Assembly (NCBI GenBank): GCA_965223545.1 | Contig: OZ245006.1 | Coordinates: 5,600,001-5,664,000 of the forward strand | DNA from: Planctomycetota bacterium | GTDB taxonomy: Bacteria > Planctomycetota > UBA1135 > UBA2386 | Length of the DNA: 64,000 bases | Direction of reading: 5' to 3' | Part shown: positions 27,378 to 36,449 of the stretch, in pieces | Position numbering within the stretch: the stretch's first letter is position 1 | Layout of the letters: each line of letters opens with the position of its first letter | The notes under the pieces: model-generated | What the model was told of the DNA's origin: nothing | Databases searched by the model: none | The model's input: the letters and a program-made list of their open reading frames with translations, nothing else | Made by a program: the position numbers and the translations under genes

Positions 27378-29249
27378 TTGCGGCTGACGGTCGAGATCGC
27401 GCAGAGCGAGCAGCTCGAGGTCATCGAGCAAGTCGATTCGCTCAACGAGTACGGGCACTCCGTCGGCGGGCTCCCCGTCCACGTACGGACGGCGATGACC
27501 GGCTCCGTCGCGGACAGCGGCGACGACGTTCCCGATCTCGACGACCTCATGCGGGTGGAGGTCGAGGCGCAGCCGCCGCCGATGGGCGGGTGGCGCGCAG
27601 TGGCCCGCCGCGGTCCGGACGGACAGCTGCAGGGCTTTCTCGGCGAGCAGTGTCCGGCCGAGGTCGTCGCGGCGCCGCTGCAGTGCGACCATTGCGGCTA
27701 CGCCGACATCTGGCAGGCGACCTTCGTGCTGCGCAATCGCCTGGGCGTGATCCGACAGATCGGCGACGCTTGTCTGCTGGAGGTCACCGGGTCCGACTGC
27801 CGCGCCGCGCTGGACCATTGGCTGCTGGTGACCCAGTGGCTCGTCGGACTGGTCGGCGCGTCCGATCCGGACGCAGCCCCGCTGGCGCAGGAGTCCGAAC
27901 CGCTGCCCGTGGCGGCGCCGGCCGGCCGGCCGCTGGGTCAGCTCGCACTCGCTGCTGGTGTCCTGATCGCAACCGGGGTCGCGTGGCTCCTGTCGGAACG
28001 GGGTGGGCGCGAAGTTGCCGGCGACGACGCGGCGGCGGCGCCGGCGGCCGCGCGGCCCGTGGCACGCATGCTGAGCCGGTTCGCCTGGGAGCGGACACAC
28101 TTCGGCGGTCGCGCACCGGCGGCCGCGGTCGTGCAGCAGGCCCACGCTGCCTACCGCGAGGGCGCAACGCGCGAGATCCTCTATCGACTGCTGCGGCGGC
28201 TGCAGAACGCGCGAACGGCGCCGGCAATCGACGAGGTGCTGGCTCGCATCGCCGCTGGGCTGGCGGACTTCGAAGCCCCGCTGCTGGCAGTGCTCGAGGA
28301 GCCGGAGCATCAGCTCGTGCACGCGGCGATCGAGGTCGTCGGCCGCCTCGGTGTCGAGGTCGCCGCGCCGGCGCTCACCGCCTTGGTGCGCAGCCCCGAT
28401 GCCGAGGTGCGGGCGGCGGCGCTGGTCGCCAGCGCGCGCTTGGGTCGAGTGTGGAACGCCGCGGCCGAACGCTTCATGGCGACCGACGACCCGCGCCAGA
28501 TCGCGGCCGGCATCGCCGCGGTCGATCCCAGCGCGGAGGACGCCGCCGCGCTGCTGTCGCCGTTCTTGTCCCACCCCGACGCGAACGTGCGGCGCGCCGC
28601 GCAGCGGGGACTGATGCACCCGGCGATTCGCATCGACCGCGAAGCGCTGCTCGAGGTCGCCGCCTCGGGCGGGCTGTCGGCGGCCCGGCTGGCCGCGATC
28701 GAGGTGCTGGCGCTGAAGGCCGCCGAGGAGCCGATCGAGACCGCGCTGCTCGAGCTCCTGGTGGACGCCGATCCGGCCGTTCGGCGGGCGGTGCTGGCGG
28801 TGCTGGCGGGCGCCGCGGCCGGCGACGGCGCGCGCGACTCGCGGGTCGCCGACCGCCTGCTCGACGTGGTGGTCGCGGAGGACGGCACGCGGCGGCAAGC
28901 GCTGATGGCATTCGTCGCCATCGAGCGCCGTGGCGCGGTGCCCGTGCCGCGGATCCGGGCCCTGCTGCCCGACCTGGACCCCATGCTGCGGGCCTTGGCG
29001 GCGCGCTGCCTGGTGGTCGCCGGCGAGTCATCGGGCCTCGACGTCGCGGTGGCGGTGCTGGCCGAGGAGCCGCGATCGGAGGACGACGACGAACTCCAGT
29101 ACGCCCGCCATCAGGCGCACGCGGTGTTGGTCGAAGTATCCGGTGAGGATTACGGCGACGACGTCGCCGCCTGGCGGCACTGGCGCGAGCGGTTCGACCG
29201 CCCGCTGGCGAGCGGTCCGCTGAGCGGCCAGGCGCCGCTGTTCTGGTAG
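27378..29249 (+). CDS. Membrane-anchored HEAT-repeat protein with N-terminal Cys-containing domain
   Basis: CDHCG...QIGDAC, one TM (LALAAGVLIATGVAWLL), HEAT units (SPDAEVRAAAL, HPDANVRRAA, DADPAVRRAVL), terminal SGEDYGDDVAAWRHW; start uncertain. Confidence 0.75.
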   Translation: MRLTVEIAQSEQLEVIEQVDSLNEYGHSVGGLPVHVRTAMTGSVADSGDDVPDLDDLMRVEVEAQPPPMGGWRAVARRGPDGQLQGFLGEQCPAEVVAAPLQCDHCGYADIWQATFVLRNRLGVIRQIGDACLLEVTGSDCRAALDHWLLVTQWLVGLVGASDPDAAPLAQESEPLPVAAPAGRPLGQLALAAGVLIATGVAWLLSERGGREVAGDDAAAAPAAARPVARMLSRFAWERTHFGGRAPAAAVVQQAHAAYREGATREILYRLLRRLQNARTAPAIDEVLARIAAGLADFEAPLLAVLEEPEHQLVHAAIEVVGRLGVEVAAPALTALVRSPDAEVRAAALVASARLGRVWNAAAERFMATDDPRQIAAGIAAVDPSAEDAAALLSPFLSHPDANVRRAAQRGLMHPAIRIDREALLEVAASGGLSAARLAAIEVLALKAAEEPIETALLELLVDADPAVRRAVLAVLAGAAAGDGARDSRVADRLLDVVVAEDGTRRQALMAFVAIERRGAVPVPRIRALLPDLDPMLRALAARCLVVAGESSGLDVAVAVLAEEPRSEDDDELQYARHQAHAVLVEVSGEDYGDDVAAWRHWRERFDRPLASGPLSGQAPLFW

Positions 29250-29251
29250 CC

Positions 29252-29764
29252 ATGCGAACCACCGAACGAATGCCGCGCACCGCTCGCCCGTCGCTGCGCG
29301 TACCGACGGCCTGCGCCGGCATCGGGTTGGTGGAAGTCGCCGCCGTGATGACCGTCCTGGTCATCGGCGTCATGGGTTTCGTCTCGGCGCTGATCAGCGG
29401 ACAGGTGCTGGCGGTCAAGACGCGCGAAGTGGACCGTGCCAACGCGGCGGCGATCCGCGCACTGGAGTCGTTCCGCGCGGCCTGCAGCACCGATTTCACC
29501 GCCGCCGTCACCGCGGTCGCGACCGTTCCCCAGCAATCCGTGCCGGGCCTCGGCAGCCAAGCGATCATGACCCGGACGCTGATCCAGAACGAGACCTTGG
29601 TCGCGCCGCCGATCGACCTCAACGGCGATGGCGACAAGCTCGACACCGCGGTGGCCCTCGGTGATCTCGTGGTTGCCGTCGTCGTGTTCGAGCTCGAGTG
29701 GCGCAGTGCAGCCGGCGCCACCCGCATCGACTACACCACGATCCGTCCGCGGGGGAGCCGGTGA
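29252..29764 (+). CDS. Type IV pilin-like protein (PilV-like)
   Basis: Class III signal AG|IGLVEVAAVMTVLVIGVMG with Glu at +5. Confidence 0.75.
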   Translation: MRTTERMPRTARPSLRVPTACAGIGLVEVAAVMTVLVIGVMGFVSALISGQVLAVKTREVDRANAAAIRALESFRAACSTDFTAAVTAVATVPQQSVPGLGSQAIMTRTLIQNETLVAPPIDLNGDGDKLDTAVALGDLVVAVVVFELEWRSAAGATRIDYTTIRPRGSR

Positions 29765-30321
29765 CGCGGCGGTCGGTCGCCGGCCTCACCCTCTTGGAGG
29801 TCGTAGTCGCGACCGCCATCCTCGGCGCGCTCTTTCTGCTCGTGATCGACCTCAGCTTGTCGGCGCGCTCGAGCTACTTCGACGCCAACGCCAGGCTGGA
29901 CAGCGATGCGAGCATGCGCCGCGCCATGTGGGCGCTTGCCGACGACCTGCGCGCGGCGGCGCCGGCGGGCGAGGACCTCAACGGCAATGGCGCCTTGGAT
30001 GCCGGTGAAGACCTGAATGGCAACGGCGTGCTGGAGGCGGATTGGGCGGTGAGCGCCGCCGGGATCACGCTGAATCGGCGCAATGTCGACGGCACGGTCT
30101 CGTCGCCGGTGTCGTATTCACTGCAGGGAACGTCGCTGCAGCGGATCGCCGACGTCGCGATCGGCGGTGCGATCAAGCGACAAGCGACGACGGTTGGCCG
30201 CAATGTCACGGCTTTCGCGGTCACGGCAGATGCTGCCAGTGTGACCGTGGCCGTGACGATGCAGTCGAGGGCGTCGGAGACGGTGACGGAATCGATCACG
30301 GTGAGTTTGCGAGGGCGATGA
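29761..30321 (+). CDS. Type IV pilin-like protein (PilW/PulJ-like)
   Basis: RRSVAG|LTLLEVVVATAILGALF; GTGA overlap with previous gene. Confidence 0.82.
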   Translation: MTRRSVAGLTLLEVVVATAILGALFLLVIDLSLSARSSYFDANARLDSDASMRRAMWALADDLRAAAPAGEDLNGNGALDAGEDLNGNGVLEADWAVSAAGITLNRRNVDGTVSSPVSYSLQGTSLQRIADVAIGGAIKRQATTVGRNVTAFAVTADAASVTVAVTMQSRASETVTESITVSLRGR

Positions 30322-31913
30322 TGTCGATGCAGCGCGCGGCGCAGCCGCGGGGCACCACTCTGGTGCTCGTATTGGTGGTGATGGTGGTGGTCGCGTCCCT
30401 GGCGGGTGTGCTGATCTCCCGCGGGGCCGAGGGGCAGCGCGACGCGTCGCGGCGCGTGTTCTCGACGCGTGCCCTGACCGTCGCCGAGTCCGGGCTGGAC
30501 TACGCTTGGGTCGAGCTGCGCGAGGACCCGCTCTACGCAGTCCGGGACGAAGTCGGCTACGCCTTCGAGGCCAGCACGCAGAGCTACTGCTCGGCGGCGA
30601 TCCCGTTCGCCACCGCGGTGGGGCAGACGGTGGACGGTTTCTCGCTGCGCGTCGAGTACGTCGACGAGAGCGGAGGGAGCGCGGTGCCGGTCGTCTTCGC
30701 CAGCCGTTCCGCGCCCACCGAGAGCTACACTTCGATCCGCGTCTATGCGGCGGCGACCGTGCAGGGGATCGAGCGCGAGGTGGTCGGCTGGTTCGAAGAA
30801 GCCCCGATCATCAGCGGGGTGATCATCTCGGACATGATGCCGACCGACCCGTGCACCGGCGACGACAAGAGCGCTGCCGAGGACGGTCACATCGTGCTGT
30901 CGAGCTACGGCGTCGGCCCGAACATCGCTGTGCACGGCGACCTGCTGAGCAACGGCGATGTCTGTTTCAAGGAGACGGAGCTGGGTCCGATGATCCAGCT
31001 GACCGAGGTCAACGCGCCGACCTACCTGCTCAACCACTCCGGCGAGGTGCAGCGAGAGCTGGCGGGCACGTCGCTCGAGCTGCCGGACTTCACCGCTCTC
31101 GGGTCTGCCGAGCAGCTGTTCGACTTCGACCGCGTCGAAGCCGTTGCCGTGGCAGGCGGGGGCCGAGTGTACACGGACTTCAACGTCTTCCTCGCCGATC
31201 TCGAGCTGGCCAACGATGGCATCGCGCCGCCGATCGAGGGCGTGATCGTGGTCCACGTCGACACCTCGGTCCCGGAATCGCCGGCGTGGCCGGACGGCGG
31301 GATCAACATCCACGGCACGCTCGTGTTCCGCTTCGATTCAGCCGTCGACCCCATGGCGCAGGTCGAGCTGGGCTGTCCGCTCGCGGTCAACGCGGCCGAT
31401 CTGACGGGTGTCGTGCCGGGGGACGCCACGACGTACACGACGGGCTACCCGCCCGTGTTCTCCACGGGCGTGCCGCGGGCGCACGAAGTCGACATCAGCG
31501 CCGTCACGGTCAACGGCCGGTCGGGATTCGCCAACTTCGCCGCGACCGACGACCTGCCGGCGATCATGTTCGACCGGGCGATCGTCGACATCCACGGACC
31601 GAGCAACGTGTGTGGAGTCGTGTACGGCGCGTCGTTCATCGAGATCGAGTTCAAGCGGGACTCCTATGACCCCGTCGACCAAGACGGCGACGGTGTGGTG
31701 GACCCATGGGCGATGCAGCCGATCGGCGCATCGGATGGCAATCTGTTCTACTTCAATGGAGCTCTGTACGGTGGTGGTGGCGTCCTCGTGCGGGTCGAAG
31801 ATGCCGGCGACCGCATCGTGCTCAACTACGACGCCAACACCGTCGACTCGTTGGCGTACGCGTCGGGCGCGGGGTCGTCGCTGACCCGGACGCGGTTCGC
31901 GATCGCCAGGTAG
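30318..31913 (+). CDS. Large PilX-like minor pilin
   Basis: PRG|TTLVLVLVVMVVV lacking Glu+5, RALTVAESGLDYA PilX-type helix. Confidence 0.75.
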   Translation: MMSMQRAAQPRGTTLVLVLVVMVVVASLAGVLISRGAEGQRDASRRVFSTRALTVAESGLDYAWVELREDPLYAVRDEVGYAFEASTQSYCSAAIPFATAVGQTVDGFSLRVEYVDESGGSAVPVVFASRSAPTESYTSIRVYAAATVQGIEREVVGWFEEAPIISGVIISDMMPTDPCTGDDKSAAEDGHIVLSSYGVGPNIAVHGDLLSNGDVCFKETELGPMIQLTEVNAPTYLLNHSGEVQRELAGTSLELPDFTALGSAEQLFDFDRVEAVAVAGGGRVYTDFNVFLADLELANDGIAPPIEGVIVVHVDTSVPESPAWPDGGINIHGTLVFRFDSAVDPMAQVELGCPLAVNAADLTGVVPGDATTYTTGYPPVFSTGVPRAHEVDISAVTVNGRSGFANFAATDDLPAIMFDRAIVDIHGPSNVCGVVYGASFIEIEFKRDSYDPVDQDGDGVVDPWAMQPIGASDGNLFYFNGALYGGGGVLVRVEDAGDRIVLNYDANTVDSLAYASGAGSSLTRTRFAIAR

Positions 31914-31949
31914 TTCCCGGCCGCTTGACGGCCTGCTAGGCTGCGTCCC

Positions 31950-33368
31950 GTGGTGGAACCTCTGGAACCGCGCCATGGGCGACGGGCGTTCCTCGCCCGG
32001 TGCGCCGCTGGCGCCGGCCTCCCGCTCCTGCCGGAACGAGCGGCCGTGGCGCGGCGGGCTTCTCCCGCGCGCGGCCCGCACTTCGCGCCGCGGGCGAAGC
32101 GGCTGATCTACCTGTTTCAGAGCGGCGGCCCGTCACAGCAGGAGCTGTTCGACTACAAGCCGCTGCTGGCGGCGCGGCACGGTGAGGAGCTGCCGCCCAG
32201 CGTGCGCGGTGACCAGCGGTTGACGACGATGTCGTCCAACCAAGCCGGGTTTCCGCTGGCGCGATCGGTCTACGAGTTCGCGCGAGCCGGCAGCAGCGGG
32301 GCCTGGGTCAGCGAGCTCCTACCGCACACGGCGGCGATCGCCGACAAGCTGTGTTTCGTGCGCTCGCTACAGACGGAGGCGATCAACCACGACCCGGCGA
32401 TCACGTTCTGCCAGACCGGCGCGCAGCAGGCCGGGCGGCCGAGTCTGGGCAGCTGGTTGGACTACGGGTTGGGCGCGGAGACCGCCGACCTGCCGGGGTT
32501 CGTCGTCCTGATCTCCAAGAACAAGGGTGGCCAGCCGTTGTACGCACGCCTGTGGGGCAGCGGTTTCCTGCCGACGCAGCATCAGGGCGTGCAGCTGCGC
32601 GCCGCGGCCGACCCGGTGCTGTACCTCAACGACCCGGCCGGGATGTCGCGCCGCCAGCGCCGGGCGATGCTGCGGCGGCTGACGCAGCTGATGCGGGAGG
32701 ATGCGGCCCGGCGCGGCGACCCGACCGTCGAGAGCCGCCTGCGCAGCTTCGACCTGGCCTACCGCATGCAGGTTGCGGTGCCGGCTGCCACCGACCTGAG
32801 TGCGGAGCCGGAGTCGACGTTCCGGCTGTACGGCGACGGGGCGCGCGACCCCGGTTCGTACGCCGCCAACTGCCTGTTGGCACGCCGGCTGATCGAACGA
32901 GGCGTGCGCTGCGTGCAGCTCTACCACCAAGGCTGGGACCAGCACGGCTCACTGCCGGCGGCGCTGCCGCGACAATGCCGCGAGACCGACCGCGCGTCGG
33001 CCGCGTTGGTGCTCGATCTCGAGCGGCGTGGTCTGCTCGAGGACACGATCGTGCTGTGGGGTGGTGAGTTCGGGCGCACGAGCTATTGCCAGGGCAAGCT
33101 GGGACCGACCACGTACGGTCGCGACCACCATCCGCGCTGCTTCACCGTCTGGTTGGCCGGCGGCGGCTTTCGCGCGGGCGTCACCTGGGGGGAGACCTGC
33201 GAGTTCGGCTACAACGTCGTTGCCGATCCCGTGCACGTGCACGATCTGCACGCGACCCTGCTCTATCAGCTCGGCTTTCACCACAAGCACTTGACGTACG
33301 CGCACCAGGGGCGCGAGTACCGTCTGACCGACGTGCACGGCCGGGTCGTGCGCGGATTGCTGGCTTAG
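31950..33368 (+). CDS. DUF1501 domain protein (Tat signal)
   Basis: GRRAFL; AKRLIYLFQSGGPSQQELFDYKP, INHDPA, CLLARRLIERGVR, GWDQH, WGGEFGRT, GRDHHP, HVHDLHAT, RLTDVHG. Confidence 0.96.
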   Translation: MVEPLEPRHGRRAFLARCAAGAGLPLLPERAAVARRASPARGPHFAPRAKRLIYLFQSGGPSQQELFDYKPLLAARHGEELPPSVRGDQRLTTMSSNQAGFPLARSVYEFARAGSSGAWVSELLPHTAAIADKLCFVRSLQTEAINHDPAITFCQTGAQQAGRPSLGSWLDYGLGAETADLPGFVVLISKNKGGQPLYARLWGSGFLPTQHQGVQLRAAADPVLYLNDPAGMSRRQRRAMLRRLTQLMREDAARRGDPTVESRLRSFDLAYRMQVAVPAATDLSAEPESTFRLYGDGARDPGSYAANCLLARRLIERGVRCVQLYHQGWDQHGSLPAALPRQCRETDRASAALVLDLERRGLLEDTIVLWGGEFGRTSYCQGKLGPTTYGRDHHPRCFTVWLAGGGFRAGVTWGETCEFGYNVVADPVHVHDLHATLLYQLGFHHKHLTYAHQGREYRLTDVHGRVVRGLLA

Positions 33369-34657
33369 AACTGCAGCCAGGCCTGGTTCGCCAAGTAGAG
33401 GCGGCTGGCGGTCGCGTCGAGACCGATGCCCTGCAACACCAGCGACAAGCCGGGAGGCGCGCCGATGGTCGCGCTGAACGTGCTCGGCAGGACGGCGACC
33501 GGCGTCGGCAGGGGCGACAAGCTCGCCGGGTCGACCAGCAGCCCGCCGAAGGGCAGGCGCAGGACGCTCTCGCCGAAGGCGAGCAGGGCGGCCCCGAAGA
33601 ATCCCGTCGGGCCAGTCACCGTGGTGGTCACCAGGCCCGTGACCGGGTCGCGGGTGACCTGGAGGCGGACCACCGCCAGCTCGTAGGCGCCGATGTCCGG
33701 CGCCCGCACGCCGTCCTGGTCGGAGTCGATCGAGCCCGGGTTGCCATCGGGATCCATGCGATACGGAACACTGGGTACGCCGAGGTCGATGGCCGGGCTG
33801 CTGGGCTGCAGGCGCAGATCGCCGCCCTGGCGGTTGACGAACTGCGGTGCAAACGAGTGGTTGCCGGGTGGTGCCCCGCTGAACGAGCCCGCCCACGGGA
33901 CCGCGCAGTTGAACACGTTGTTGGCGGTGAAGTTGAGGTTGCTGCTGGCGCCGCCGCGCGCGATGCCGTCGCGCATGGCGACGATCAGGTTGTTCTCGAT
34001 GCGCGAGCTCTGCGCGTCGCTCAAGATGCCCACGAAGTTCGTGCCACCGATCACGCCGGCGATGGTGTTGTTGAAGATCCGGTTCGGGCCGGTGTCCTCG
34101 AACTCGTTGATGGCGTCGTTGGCGAGATTCTGGAACGTGTTGTTGTGGATCGAGAAGCCGCTGACGTCCGGTGCCGAATCCCAAAGCACGATGCCGCGGT
34201 TGACGCCGTCGAACCGGCACCGGTCGATCTCGAAGTTGGTCGGGCTGCCGTTGGTCTCGATGACCCGCGTCCACCAGCCGGCCGTGTCGCTGTTGCGGAA
34301 CTCGAGGTTGGTCACACGGCCGCCGCTCGCCAGCGTTCCGATTTCGAATGCCGAGTTCGTGCTTCCGGCGAGGTCGACGACTACGGAGTCGATGCCGCGT
34401 ACGGTGATCCCGGTGTGGGCCACCGTCGTGCCGAGACCGATGGGCAGAGACTCGTTGGTGGCGCTGGGCCCGTAGGTCCCCGGCAGGATCACCACCGTGG
34501 CGCCGACGCTGGCGAGCGCGATGCCTGCCGTGATCGAGCGGACCGGCGCGGTCGGGGTGCCGGGGTTGCTGTCGTTGCCGTTGGTGGCGTCGACGAAGAT
34601 GTTCTGCGCGGGCGCGCAAGTCAGCGTGCACGCGACGGCGAGGAGCAGGAGACGCAT
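33365..34657 (-). CDS. Secreted DUF1565 / right-handed beta-helix protein with C-terminal domain
   Basis: Signal ending APA|Q; FVDATNGNDSNPGT..AP.RSIT, PGTY, Asn-ladder repeats, DLRLQPSSPAIDLG...PDIGAYE. Confidence 0.85.
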   Translation of the reverse strand: MRLLLLAVACTLTCAPAQNIFVDATNGNDSNPGTPTAPVRSITAGIALASVGATVVILPGTYGPSATNESLPIGLGTTVAHTGITVRGIDSVVVDLAGSTNSAFEIGTLASGGRVTNLEFRNSDTAGWWTRVIETNGSPTNFEIDRCRFDGVNRGIVLWDSAPDVSGFSIHNNTFQNLANDAINEFEDTGPNRIFNNTIAGVIGGTNFVGILSDAQSSRIENNLIVAMRDGIARGGASSNLNFTANNVFNCAVPWAGSFSGAPPGNHSFAPQFVNRQGGDLRLQPSSPAIDLGVPSVPYRMDPDGNPGSIDSDQDGVRAPDIGAYELAVVRLQVTRDPVTGLVTTTVTGPTGFFGAALLAFGESVLRLPFGGLLVDPASLSPLPTPVAVLPSTFSATIGAPPGLSLVLQGIGLDATASRLYLANQAWLQF

Positions 34658-34843
34658 GGTGACCTCCGGTCAGACGTCTCATCATGGCGTCCTGGACCGG
34701 GGTTGGGAACGCCCTCGAGTCCCCCGCGGGCGGGGAGAGCGCCGCGGCGCGACGGTAGATTTGCGCAAGGCGCGCCAATCCATCAAGATCCCGAGCAACC
34801 GAGCTCGGCTCGATGACCAGAGGCCAGCAACGAGGAGCAGCAG

Positions 34844-35182
34844 ATGGGTGGACGCATGTCGAGCCGCGACCGGATCGCGCGCTTGCGCGAGGAGGCGGAG
34901 ATTGCCCAGCGGGAGCGCGACGAGGCCAAGCAGCGGCGTGAGGCCGAGCGGGCGACGGCTGCGCCGACCCGGCGCCGCCCGCCGGCGGCCAGCCAGTCCA
35001 GCGGCCGGACCAAGGTGGTGTGGACCCTCTGCGATTCCGCCGGCCGCAGTCTGCACCGCTACGCCTACCGAGATGAGGCCGTGGCCCGCGCCGAGGCGGA
35101 GCGGCTCAGCGACGAGACCGGCAAGACCCATTTCGTCAAGAAGGAAGACATTCCGTTCGACGTCGAGCCCGGCCCCGTGTGA
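34844..35182 (+). CDS. Small hypothetical protein (charged coiled-coil N-terminus)
   Basis: GAGGAG RBS 6 nt before ATG; protein-like composition; fills the gap before the helicase. Confidence 0.65.
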   Translation: MGGRMSSRDRIARLREEAEIAQRERDEAKQRREAERATAAPTRRRPPAASQSSGRTKVVWTLCDSAGRSLHRYAYRDEAVARAEAERLSDETGKTHFVKKEDIPFDVEPGPV

Positions 35183-35298
35183 CGCCGGCGGCGCGCCCCA
35201 CGTCCTGCGTCGCGGCGCTGGAACTCGACCGCCGGTCCGGATACGACGGGAGCGTGGCGGTCGAGGCCGTCGCTTGGCCTTGCCCTCCCGGCCCTTCG

Positions 35299-36447
35299 AT
35301 GCCCGATACCTTTGCCGCGCTCGGTTTGTCCGAGCCGATCGTCCGCGCCGTCTCGGCGCGTGATTACCGGACGCCGACGCCGATTCAAAAGAAGGCGATC
35401 CCGCACTTGCTGGAAGGGCGCGACCTGCTCGGCATCGCGCAAACCGGCACCGGCAAGACGGCGGCCTTCACGCTGCCACTGCTGCAGCGTTTGGTGGAGG
35501 CGCAGCAGCGTGCCTACGCGCGGCGGCCGCGATCGTTGGTGTTGACGCCGACCCGTGAGCTCGCGCTGCAGGTCGGCGAGAGCGTGCGCGCCTATGGTGC
35601 GGGCGTGCGGGTGAGGGCCGCGGTGATCTACGGCGGAGTCGGGCAGCGGCCGCAGGTCGAGCAGCTGCGGCGCGGGGTGGCGGTCTTGGTGGCCACTCCA
35701 GGGCGACTGCTCGATTTGCTGCAGCAGGGCCACGTCGCGCTCAGCAAGGTCGAGATCCTGGTCTTGGACGAGGCCGACCGGATGCTGGACATGGGCTTCG
35801 TGCACGACGTGCGGCGCATCATCAAGGAGCTGCCGCGCGAGCGGCAGTCACTGTTGTTCTCGGCCACCATGCCGCCCGACGTCGTCGCGCTGACGCGCGC
35901 CATCCTGCGCGATCCGGTGCGCGTGGAGGTCGCGCCACCGGCGACCACCGTCGAGCGCGTCGAGCAGAGTGTCTACTTGGTCGAGAAGCCCGACAAGCGG
36001 CCCTTGCTCACACACGTGCTCGGCGATCCGCGGATGCTGCGCACGCTGGTGTTCACCAGGACCAAGCACGGCGCCGACCGCGTCGCCCGTCATCTGCAGC
36101 GGCATGGCATCGGCGCGGTGGCGTTGCACGGCGACAAGTCCCAGGGCGCGCGCGTGCGGGCGCTCGAGGCGTTCCGCTCCGGTGAGATGCGGGTCTTGGT
36201 GGCCACCGACATCGCCGCCCGGGGTATCGACGTCAAGGACGTCACCCACGTGGTCAACTTCGACCTGCCGCACGTCGCCGAGACCTACGTGCATCGCATC
36301 GGCCGCACGGCGCGCGCCAGTCGGTCGGGGGTCGCGCTGTCGTTCTGCGACACCGCGGAGCGGCCGCTGCTGCGTGCCATCGAGAAGGTGACGCGGCAGC
36401 GGCTTGCGGTGGTCGCGGACCACCCGCACAAGTCGGGCCAGTCGTAG
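35299..36447 (+). CDS. DEAD-box RNA helicase (RhlE-like)
   Basis: PTPIQ, AQTGTGKT, PTRELA, TPGRL, DEAD, SAT, LHGDKSQ, ARGID, HRIGRTAR. Confidence 0.97.
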   Translation: MPDTFAALGLSEPIVRAVSARDYRTPTPIQKKAIPHLLEGRDLLGIAQTGTGKTAAFTLPLLQRLVEAQQRAYARRPRSLVLTPTRELALQVGESVRAYGAGVRVRAAVIYGGVGQRPQVEQLRRGVAVLVATPGRLLDLLQQGHVALSKVEILVLDEADRMLDMGFVHDVRRIIKELPRERQSLLFSATMPPDVVALTRAILRDPVRVEVAPPATTVERVEQSVYLVEKPDKRPLLTHVLGDPRMLRTLVFTRTKHGADRVARHLQRHGIGAVALHGDKSQGARVRALEAFRSGEMRVLVATDIAARGIDVKDVTHVVNFDLPHVAETYVHRIGRTARASRSGVALSFCDTAERPLLRAIEKVTRQRLAVVADHPHKSGQS

Positions 36448-36449
36448 CG

